NCBI GenBank assembly: GCA_036339465.1
Contig: JAYZAY010000076.1
Span: forward strand, 1 to 14,556
DNA: 14,556 bases
Direction: 5' to 3'
From: Myxococcota bacterium
GTDB lineage: Bacteria; Myxococcota; XYA12-FULL-58-9; JABJBS01
Under the pieces are notes generated by a model. It made no database searches. It was given only the letters and a program-made list of their open reading frames with translations, and had not been told where the DNA came from. This document shows, piece by piece, positions 7,661 to 14,556 of this stretch; the first letter of the stretch is position 1; the number at the start of each line of letters is the position of its first letter. A program made the position numbers and the translations under genes.

Positions 7661-7734
7661 TGGCGTGGTGGTCGAGAATTCAGGCCTATCCGCACAAAAG
7701 GATAGCTAGATTCGAGTCGCCTCTGCTACGCCAG
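7660..7734 (+). ncRNA. Unassigned structured RNA element / tRNA-like remnant
   Basis: 12-bp outer stem CTGGCGTGGTGG (7660-7671) with CTGCTACGCCAG (7723-7734), including 3 G-U pairs; inner perfect hairpin CTATCC-GCACAAAA-GGATAG (7686-7705). Confidence 0.45.
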
Positions 7735-7788
7735 AATCGTGTTCGGCTTGCAAAGAGCTAAAGACGATGAAATATGAGCACGAGACTA

Positions 7789-7888
7789 TGACAGCTCGGC
7801 CCCAGTGACCGCGTTGCGTGAAACCCGCCAGGTCCGGAAGGAAGCAACGGTAACGTATTCGTTGGGGTGCTGGTACGCTGAGCTGTCA
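7789..7888 (+). ncRNA. ffs: Signal recognition particle RNA (small, 4.5S type)
   Basis: Domain IV signature CCGCCAGGTCCGGAAGGAAGCAACGG; terminal stem TGACAGCTCGGC with GCTGAGCTGTCA; ~100 nt; typical position between tadA and dnaX. Confidence 0.95.
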
Positions 7889-7891
7889 CCT

Positions 7892-7979
<88 letters not shown>

Positions 7980-8010
7980 CCTCGTACTTTAAATTTCAAT
8001 CGGGGATCCT

Positions 8011-9834
8011 ATGGCATATGTGGCGTTAGCGAGAAAGTATAGGCCGGCGACATTCGCATCGGTTGTGGGGCAGGAATCTATCGTCCAAACCATCGAAAAT
8101 GCGATTAAATTTGATCGAGTACACCATGCCTATCTCTTTACGGGGGCTAGAGGGGTTGGGAAAACAACCACGGCTCGTCTTCTGGCGGCAGCGCTGAATC
8201 AAAGTGAGGGGCCGAAATCTGAAATCGATGTGGATGATTCCATTACTCAGGCTGTGGCGGGTGGCCATTGTCCGGACGTTCTTGAAATTGATGGAGCTTC
8301 GAATACGGGGGTCGATAATATTCGAGAGCTGAGAGAGAATGTACGCTATTTGCCCAGTCAAGCTCGGTTTAAGATTTACATCATCGACGAAGTGCACATG
8401 CTGTCTACTGCAGCTTTTAACGCGCTTCTAAAAACCCTAGAAGAGCCCCCTCCTCACGTTAAGTTTATATTTGCGACGACGGAACCGGAAAAGATCCCCA
8501 TTACCATACTTTCGAGATGCCAGCGCTTTGATTTTCGGAAGGTATCAGCGCCAAAACTCCTGGGGCATCTGCGCTATGTTCTAGAAAAAGAGGACCTAAC
8601 GGTTGAGGAAGATGTTATCAGGGTGGTGGCTCGAGAAGCACAAGGTTCCGTACGTGATTCCCTTTCAATTCTCGATCAGGTCCTAAACTTGGTCTCCGAC
8701 GGAGCTTCCCACGATGAGATTTTTCGTAGCATGGGTGTGGTCCAGCAGGAGACCATTCTCTGCCTGATTCGCTCAATACTCAAAAAGGATGCCGATGCGC
8801 TCTTGGCTTCTTGTGCAGATATCGATGAGCGTGGTTACGATTTTACTCACGTGACGGAACTTTTATTGGCGTACTTTCGAGATCTATTGATTGTTTTGAA
8901 ATGTGAGCACCCACAAGAGGTCGTAAAAGAGCGTTCTCCTTCTGAATTGGCGGATATGAAAGAGCTTCTTCGGGACGTAGACGCGGCGATTCTACACCGA
9001 TTTTTTGATTCTCTTTCGCGCTCATACTCTATGATAACCCATGGGGATTTAGGTCGCGTTCAATTTGAGATGGCGCTACTCAAGTTACTCGAATTTGAGG
9101 GTGCTAAATCGGTTCAGACCTTGATCAACACTTTGGAGAAATATCTTAAAGACAGCGCTGGTATGGAGCGGAGTGAGGGGGGAAAGGTTGAGGGGGATGT
9201 GGTTCATCCGTCGGCCGGTACCATATCCCCAAATGAGAAAGAAACTATCCAGCCGCCCCCACAGGAGGCTTCTGTAGCGCCGCCTATGGTGCCATTCCTG
9301 AAAAAACCGATTGAAGCTATTTCGAGTCCATCTGCTCAGGCATCATCTGTCGAATGTATTTCTAAAGAATTTTCTCAGGAGGCCTCCCTCGAATCGGCAC
9401 CCGAGGCGGTTGTGGATCTTGAGACTTGGGGGAACATTATTAAGCATGTTCAAAAACAAAGTCCCATGACCGGTTCATTACTTGAGCATGCTCGACTTTT
9501 GGCATTGTCTGGAGAGGGGATCAAACTTGCGTATTCGGAACAGGATTCCTTTTTCATGGATTCGGTTAAGAAGCCAGAGGCGCGCTGTTTGGTCGATGGG
9601 ATTTTAGAAGCGCATTTTGGCCACCGGGTGTCTTTAGAATTCAGTCTTATACCGGCCGAGAAATTTGGGGCAGAGGGGTCAGTTTCTTTGGCGGAAGCTC
9701 GTGCATCTGCAGAACACGCGCGGTCAGAAAAAATCGAAGAAGAGTCAATAGCTCACCCGGCGGTCCAGGAGGCCCTGTCTCTTTTTGGCGGAGAGATCAA
9801 AGAGGTGGTTGTTTTTGACGAACAGCCAAACTAA
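8011..9834 (+). CDS. dnaX: DNA polymerase III subunit gamma/tau
   Basis: LARKYRP, Walker A GARGVGKTT, EIDGASN, IIDEVHML, FNALLKTLEEPP, SRC motif, GSVRD; Pro/Ser/Glu linker and C-terminal tau domain. Confidence 0.98.
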   Translation: MAYVALARKYRPATFASVVGQESIVQTIENAIKFDRVHHAYLFTGARGVGKTTTARLLAAALNQSEGPKSEIDVDDSITQAVAGGHCPDVLEIDGASNTGVDNIRELRENVRYLPSQARFKIYIIDEVHMLSTAAFNALLKTLEEPPPHVKFIFATTEPEKIPITILSRCQRFDFRKVSAPKLLGHLRYVLEKEDLTVEEDVIRVVAREAQGSVRDSLSILDQVLNLVSDGASHDEIFRSMGVVQQETILCLIRSILKKDADALLASCADIDERGYDFTHVTELLLAYFRDLLIVLKCEHPQEVVKERSPSELADMKELLRDVDAAILHRFFDSLSRSYSMITHGDLGRVQFEMALLKLLEFEGAKSVQTLINTLEKYLKDSAGMERSEGGKVEGDVVHPSAGTISPNEKETIQPPPQEASVAPPMVPFLKKPIEAISSPSAQASSVECISKEFSQEASLESAPEAVVDLETWGNIIKHVQKQSPMTGSLLEHARLLALSGEGIKLAYSEQDSFFMDSVKKPEARCLVDGILEAHFGHRVSLEFSLIPAEKFGAEGSVSLAEARASAEHARSEKIEEESIAHPAVQEALSLFGGEIKEVVVFDEQPN

Positions 9835-9870
9835 GGCCTTTGTGAGATCTTGGAAAAGGAGAAGGGTAAA

Positions 9871-10188
9871 ATGGATTTGAATAAATTAATGGGAATGGCT
9901 CAGGAAGTCCGCAAGCGGTTGGAAGACGCTCAAACCAATGCGGAAAAAGTGGAAGTCGAGGGTGAGGCGGGCGGGGCGATGGTTAAAGTTCGCATGAATG
10001 GGATTTATCGGATCACGAAGCTCGAAATTGAGCCTTCCTTACTGGCCCAAGGCGATTGTCAGTTTTTAGAGGATCTCGTGGCGGCGGCGGTCAATCAGGC
10101 TGCTGAAAAAGTGGGGGTGACGCTTAAGGCCCAGGCTGGTGAAGTTGCCTCTCAATTTGGTGTGGATTTGTCTCAATTTGGTCAATAG
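9871..10188 (+). CDS. ybaB: YbaB/EbfC family nucleoid-associated protein
   Basis: VEGEAGGAMVKV, LEDLVAAAVNQA; lies between dnaX and recR. ATG at 9871 follows an AGGAGAAGGG RBS and is preferred over TTG 9850. Confidence 0.93.
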   Translation: MDLNKLMGMAQEVRKRLEDAQTNAEKVEVEGEAGGAMVKVRMNGIYRITKLEIEPSLLAQGDCQFLEDLVAAAVNQAAEKVGVTLKAQAGEVASQFGVDLSQFGQ

Positions 10189-10191
10189 GGA

Positions 10192-10818
10192 ATGAACGAG
10201 CACGATCCGGTAGAAAGACTTATCCTTGAACTGAGTCGCTTGCCTGGAGTTGGCGAGCGCAGTGCTGCGCGGCTAGCGGTCTATCTGCTTAAGGAGGCCC
10301 AAGGCGCCAAAATTCGCTCGATGGTACCCTTGGCGATGGATTTGGCTCGTGTACTTCAAGAAGTCGTTGAGGGCGCTCAGTTGTGCGCGGATTGTGGGAA
10401 TATATCAATGGGGTCTGTCTGCCGTATTTGTCGGGATCAGAGACGGAATCGAACGCTTCTTTGCGTTGTGGAGCATGTTTCGGATTTAAGGGCTTTGGAA
10501 GGATGTGGCGGTTTCCGGGGGCTTTATCATGTTTTACACGGGGCGTTGGCTCCTCTGGATGGGATAGGCCCCGAGCAATTGGGACTTGATCGTCTCGTGG
10601 GTCGAGTAGGACACGGTGATTTCCAAGAGGTCTTGGTTGCGACGGGAGCAGATGTTGAGGGGGATACCACAGCGCTCTACATCGCTCGCCTCTTGCGCGG
10701 TGTGGAGGTGAAGATTACCCGCCTTGCCTCTGGGGTGCCCATGGGGGGAGAGCTGGAGTATTTGGATTCGGCAACATTACATCGAGCTGTGGCTGAACGC
10801 CGTGACTTCGAGTCCTGA
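10192..10818 (+). CDS. recR: Recombination mediator RecR
   Basis: HhH LPGVGERSAARL; C4 zinc finger CADC...CRIC; Toprim domain LCVVE, YHVLHG, PLDGIGP, VEGDTTALY, RLASGVPMGGELEYLD. Confidence 0.97.
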   Translation: MNEHDPVERLILELSRLPGVGERSAARLAVYLLKEAQGAKIRSMVPLAMDLARVLQEVVEGAQLCADCGNISMGSVCRICRDQRRNRTLLCVVEHVSDLRALEGCGGFRGLYHVLHGALAPLDGIGPEQLGLDRLVGRVGHGDFQEVLVATGADVEGDTTALYIARLLRGVEVKITRLASGVPMGGELEYLDSATLHRAVAERRDFES

Positions 10819-10991
10819 ATATAGGCGGTTGTGGCTCACTTATTTGCGAGAGTCCAGCGACTCTGTTAATTATTGTCAGGGCTTTTTTTGGGGGAGAGGC
10901 ACATCCAGTGGTGACGGCGCGCTCTACATAAGAAACGCGCGCATTTCCTGAGAAGTCGAAATCTGTATTCTGATGATCGTTGGGGTGGCGA

Positions 10992-11462
10992 ATGCGAGCG
11001 CGCTCAACATTTATTCATGATGAGGACGTTCAAAAGTGTAGGGGCGTGTGTGGACGATTGCGAACCGCGTCCCAGGCCAATGCGGTTCTTTTGGTTGAGG
11101 GCAACGGACAATATATTTCGGGGGCGGGTGAGACTTCTGAGTTGGATACGACGTCCATTGCTTCATTGACGGCGGCAAGTGTGGCTGCTGCTTCATCCTT
11201 GGCACATTTACTGGGCGAAGCTGAGTTTCCAAGCATGTTCTATGAAGGAGTGAGTTCAAACTTACAGGTCACTAGGATTGCCGAGAATGCGATTCTTATC
11301 GTTGTTTTTAGTAAGCAAACCAGTTTGGGCTTGGTGCGGTTGAGGGTACGGGGTGCAATCAAGTTATTGAAGCAGATATTTCTTGAAAGTTGTAAGCGAG
11401 CCAACATCGCTTCCCCCCTTTCGAATGTGTCGGACTCTGAAATAGATCAAATATTTGATTAG
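10992..11462 (+). CDS. mglB: Roadblock/LC7 GTPase-activating protein MglB
   Basis: DTTSIASLTA, GEAEFP, TSLGLVRLR and C-terminal helix SPLSNVSDSEIDQIF, collinear with Myxococcus xanthus MglB; directly upstream of mglA. ATG 10992 is preferred. Confidence 0.93.
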   Translation: MRARSTFIHDEDVQKCRGVCGRLRTASQANAVLLVEGNGQYISGAGETSELDTTSIASLTAASVAAASSLAHLLGEAEFPSMFYEGVSSNLQVTRIAENAILIVVFSKQTSLGLVRLRVRGAIKLLKQIFLESCKRANIASPLSNVSDSEIDQIFD

Positions 11463-11475
11463 GGGTGCTCGGGCC

Positions 11476-12072
11476 ATGTCGTTTATTAATTATAGTTCTA
11501 GGGAAATAAACTGCAAGATTGTCTACTACGGACCAGGGCTTTGCGGCAAAACGACAAATTTACAGTACATATACCACCGCACCAATCCGGGTGCGCGCGG
11601 AAAGATGATTAGCTTGGCCACGGAAACGGAACGGACCCTCTTTTTTGATTTTCTACCCCTCGCCCTTGGGGAAATTCGTGGATTGAAAACGCGATTTCAT
11701 CTTTATACCACACCGGGACAGGTTTTTTATGATGCCAGTCGAAAGCTTATTCTTAAAGGCGTGGATGGAGTCGTCTTTGTCGTGGATAGTCAGTTGCCTC
11801 GGTTAGAGGCCAACCTCGAATCATTCGACAACTTGATCGAGAATCTTGAAGAACATGGTTATCGCTTAGATGAGCTTCCTCTGGTGGTTCAGTATAATAA
11901 GAGGGACTTGAATAATTTGGTGGCAGTGCAGGAACTCAAGTCTTTATTTAATACCCGTCAAGCTCCTGATTTCAGTGCCTGCGCCACCGAAGGTGATGGG
12001 GTTTTCGATACGTTCAAGTCAGTGGCGAAACAGGTTCTCTATGGGCTTCGAAAAGGTCATGCCGAAGCTTAA
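11476..12072 (+). CDS. mglA: Small Ras-like GTPase MglA
   Basis: MSFINYSSREINCKIVYYGPGLCGKTTNLQYIY, ERTLFFDF (intrinsic Arg), TTPGQ, YNKRD. ATG at 11476. Confidence 0.98.
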   Translation: MSFINYSSREINCKIVYYGPGLCGKTTNLQYIYHRTNPGARGKMISLATETERTLFFDFLPLALGEIRGLKTRFHLYTTPGQVFYDASRKLILKGVDGVVFVVDSQLPRLEANLESFDNLIENLEEHGYRLDELPLVVQYNKRDLNNLVAVQELKSLFNTRQAPDFSACATEGDGVFDTFKSVAKQVLYGLRKGHAEA

Positions 12073-12137
12073 TGTACTCAAGCTTCCATACGTGAGCACA
12101 TTCTTATGTTTGACTACCTGTTGATCCATCTTGAATG

Positions 12138-12166
12138 TTGACCTGAGATCCAGGCAGGGCTAACAT
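12138..12166 (+). promoter_or_regulatory. Putative sigma70 promoter for the downstream secreted-protein genes
   Basis: TTGACC (12138-12143), 17-nt spacer, TAACAT (12161-12166); each hexamer is close to consensus. Confidence 0.55.
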
Positions 12167-12257
12167 CCCTTGTGGCTTCAGCCGTGGCATGGGGGTTGGG
12201 GTTGTGTCTGCATTTTGTGAAGCTTAGATTGGTATTGAATCTAAGAGGAGTGGCACG

Positions 12258-12881
12258 ATGAGAAAAATATTCGGTTTGATGCTCGCATTTCTGGTTTTGG
12301 TATTTCCGTCGCCGGGTTTTTCAGAGACTACGGATCAAGCTTCGGGAACTGATTTTCGGTTCAAGCTTCGAGAAATTGAAAGTCAAGTGAATGAACTCAA
12401 GCAGAAGATCTTTCGAAGTAAGGTCGGACTTACTCAATTGGAAGAGATCATCATGAATGGCGCCATCACCGGGGCGAGGGCGAAGATCTTTCACATCAAT
12501 GATATGGGTTTTGGCTTTAAATTAGTGAAAGCCAGTTATGCGCTAGATGGGGTTCGGATCTGCTGCACGAAAGAGGAGTTGGATCAAGGCGATGAGTTTT
12601 TGGTTTTCGATGATCCGGTGCCGCCTGGCAATCACCAGGTTTCGGTTTATTTAGAATACGGCGGGGATGGTTTTGGCCTCTTTAATTATATGGACGATTA
12701 CGCTTTTAAATTGCGATCCAGCCACACTTTTGTCGCTGAGGAAGGGAAGGGTACTTTGGTGCGTGTGATTGGGTTCCAGCTGGGTGGGCTTTTACGGGAT
12801 ATGAGTGAACGCCCTTCGGTTCGATACGAGGTCGAATTACTTGAAGGCAAGCGAGTAGATGAAGCAAAAGACGACGATTAG
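12258..12881 (+). CDS. Secreted conserved hypothetical protein (signal peptide, coiled coil, beta-sandwich-like domain)
   Basis: GAGGAG RBS; signal peptide MRKIFGLMLAFLVLVFPSPGFS; coiled coil LREIESQVNELKQKIFRSK; alternating beta-strand patterns (SYALDG, PGNHQVSVYLEY, SSHTF). Resembles the myxobacterial protein found downstream of mglA (recall). Confidence 0.82.
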   Translation: MRKIFGLMLAFLVLVFPSPGFSETTDQASGTDFRFKLREIESQVNELKQKIFRSKVGLTQLEEIIMNGAITGARAKIFHINDMGFGFKLVKASYALDGVRICCTKEELDQGDEFLVFDDPVPPGNHQVSVYLEYGGDGFGLFNYMDDYAFKLRSSHTFVAEEGKGTLVRVIGFQLGGLLRDMSERPSVRYEVELLEGKRVDEAKDDD

Positions 12882-12967
12882 GAATTTTAAGGGGCGTTGG
12901 TATCCGGTTTAGGATTGGGATGTGAAGACCTAGGCTTTTTGGGTGCAAAACTGATTGGGGGAGTAGG

Positions 12968-14556
12968 GTGCGACGTTTACTGGCGATCATGGCCATTTTG
13001 TTGGCGAGCCCTAGTGTTGCAAATGGTGGGGACGGGGGTGATTCTTCAACGGCTTTGAAGACAAACTACAAGGACCGAATCATTAAGCTGGACGGCGAAT
13101 TGGGTGCGGTGGAACTGCGCCTTCGCACACTTGAGGCGAACGCGGCCGCCAATGCGAATCTCGAAGGACGAAGTTTTGAGATTGAGCTCGCAGAGGCCAG
13201 AAAGCTCTACCAAGGGAAGGATTGCGAAGGGCTGATGCTCTTATCAGGCGTCCTGACCCTCCCGGAATATCAGGGGGAGCGTGGTTATACGGAGGCTCAA
13301 TTTCTGTATGGCGAAGCGATGTTGCTTTGTGGCAATTTCTCTTCGGCTTTGAAGGTGTATGAACGCTTAAGTTCGGGCCGCCACCGATTTGTCAAGAGGT
13401 GCCTGCGACGCATTGTTTTGATCCAGACTCACTTTGAGGACCCCTCAAAATTAATTCGGTGGTACAAGCTGGCCGATGATGCGAGGGCATTGGACAGGGA
13501 AGACAAGTACGAAGTCGCGAAAACAGTTGTCTATCTCCTAGGGGCTCCTACAGGAGCAGAACAGGCGAAGCTGGAATCTTTTACCCAGCGCATTTTAGCC
13601 GAGCTCATGGAGGACAGTTTTCAGAACCCTAAGGTGTTCTATTTAAAGGCCGTCTATCTGGTTCAACAGCAAAAGCTTAAGGATGCCTATGCCATTTTCG
13701 AAAAACTGGCTCAAATGGAAGGCAACAACCCATCGTTAACATTATTGAGCGAACATTCCGCGATGAATGCTGCCCGGATTGCCACTGAATTTGGCGACCA
13801 TACCAAAGCCCGTTTATTCTACGCTCAGGTGCGTGAAACCAGTCCTCTTTTTGAGCGGGCGTTGTTTGAGCTTGCCTATACTTTTGTTGCTCTTTCCGCT
13901 GATATTCAGAATTTGGATGAAAGAACCTTGGCGATGCAAAACGCCATTGATGTTCTGGACACTTTGGCTTTGTCGGCCATCGACGAAAATCTCGCCGCAA
14001 ATTCCATCTTCATCAAGGGCCTTATCTATTCGGATTTGGGTTTGGAAGAGCAAGCGGCGGCGGTATTTAATTCTCTGAAAAATCGCTATATCCCGCTGCG
14101 AAAGGAGGCCATTAAAAACGTCGGTCATTCCGACGCCGTCAAGAAATTGTACGATGCCATCGTGGTGGAGGAACCCACCAGTCATGGAATGCTATCCGAA
14201 GATATTCGTCTTTGGCTCAATCAAAATAGCTTGCTTAAGGAAACCCGACGGGTAAGTTCTCTGATGGAACTCACGGTGAAGCTCGTGGATGACACCAGCG
14301 CCCAGGTAGAGCAGTTAAATGAACTTTTGGGGGAACGGGAGCAGGGGGATTTTTTACCCACCCTTAAACGACCCTTGGCAGCGACCCAGGATCTACAAAA
14401 TAAATTGGTGGCTATCCTTAATGAAATCAATGACCTAGAATTTTCGGCCTTGGAGCCATTTGTTAAGAAAGAAACCCTTGATAAACTCAAGGAGCTACGG
14501 GCTGAGCGCCAGAAATTAGACTCAAGTTTTGCTAAATTACCCCAAAGTGCAGAGGC
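12968..14556 (+). CDS. Large secreted TPR-repeat / coiled-coil protein, Glt-like, 3'-truncated (absent from ORF track)
   Basis: Manual translation from GTG 12968 (after GGGGAGTAGG) is open for 529 codons to the window end. It gives a signal peptide MRRLLAIMAILLASPSVA, TPR-like units EAQFLYGEAMLLCGNFSSALKVYERL, KVFYLKAVYLVQQQKLKDAYAIFEKL and MNAARIATEFGDHTKARLFYAQVRETSPLFERALFELAYTF, then a coiled coil. Confidence 0.88.
   Translation, partial: MRRLLAIMAILLASPSVANGGDGGDSSTALKTNYKDRIIKLDGELGAVELRLRTLEANAAANANLEGRSFEIELAEARKLYQGKDCEGLMLLSGVLTLPEYQGERGYTEAQFLYGEAMLLCGNFSSALKVYERLSSGRHRFVKRCLRRIVLIQTHFEDPSKLIRWYKLADDARALDREDKYEVAKTVVYLLGAPTGAEQAKLESFTQRILAELMEDSFQNPKVFYLKAVYLVQQQKLKDAYAIFEKLAQMEGNNPSLTLLSEHSAMNAARIATEFGDHTKARLFYAQVRETSPLFERALFELAYTFVALSADIQNLDERTLAMQNAIDVLDTLALSAIDENLAANSIFIKGLIYSDLGLEEQAAAVFNSLKNRYIPLRKEAIKNVGHSDAVKKLYDAIVVEEPTSHGMLSEDIRLWLNQNSLLKETRRVSSLMELTVKLVDDTSAQVEQLNELLGEREQGDFLPTLKRPLAATQDLQNKLVAILNEINDLEFSALEPFVKKETLDKLKELRAERQKLDSSFAKLPQSAE

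Noticed and set aside
7636..7788. Large (Bacillus-type) SRP RNA with an Alu domain
   Set aside because: The SRP stem closes on itself at 7789/7888, tRNA follows at once leaving no 3' strand to pair with upstream sequence, and no Alu-type motif was recognised.
10288..10335. Short insertion in RecR after the HhH motif (EAQGAKIRSMVP)
   Set aside because: In-frame insertion in a variable loop; all functional motifs are intact.
11704..11721. MglA G3 motif YTTPGQ instead of YTVPGQ
   Set aside because: The change is at the variable position of TxPGQ; the catalytic Gln, the Arg finger and NKRD are intact.
12064..12086. Inverted repeat GAAGCTT-N9-AAGCTTC over the mglA stop codon
   Set aside because: Weak stem, large loop and no U-tract; arises from two self-palindromic AAGCTT sites.
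13677..14490. Short ORFs 13677..14000, 13767..14078, 13814..14185, 14221..14490
   Set aside because: All lie within the long open TPR frame starting at 12968, which explains the region better.

Overview
This is a chromosomal housekeeping region from a bacterium that looks Myxococcota/Deltaproteobacteria-like, based on a near-canonical Myxococcus-type mglB-mglA pair after recR. GC looks near 50% by eye, much lower than in cultured fruiting myxobacteria. The window starts in the last ~87 nt of a 16S rRNA gene. No tRNA-Ile/Ala or 23S follows; there is instead a likely terminator and a convergent pssA, so the 16S gene appears unlinked. Next come pssA, a small Cys-rich lipoprotein, a coiled-coil protein with an Imm49-like C-terminus, a SpmA-SpmB fusion, coaX, a conserved helical-repeat protein, an M23 peptidase lipoprotein and tadA. 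After tadA lie an unannotated ~75-nt structured element with partial tRNA-like features, SRP RNA (ffs), tRNA-Ser(GGA), dnaX (lacking its Zn-binding cysteines), ybaB/ebfC, recR, mglB and mglA. The window ends with a secreted protein and a large secreted TPR protein that is missing from the ORF track, runs off the edge and resembles gliding-motility (Glt-like) proteins. No mobile element, CRISPR array or clear defence system is visible. Family assignments come from motif recognition only; no database searches were run.
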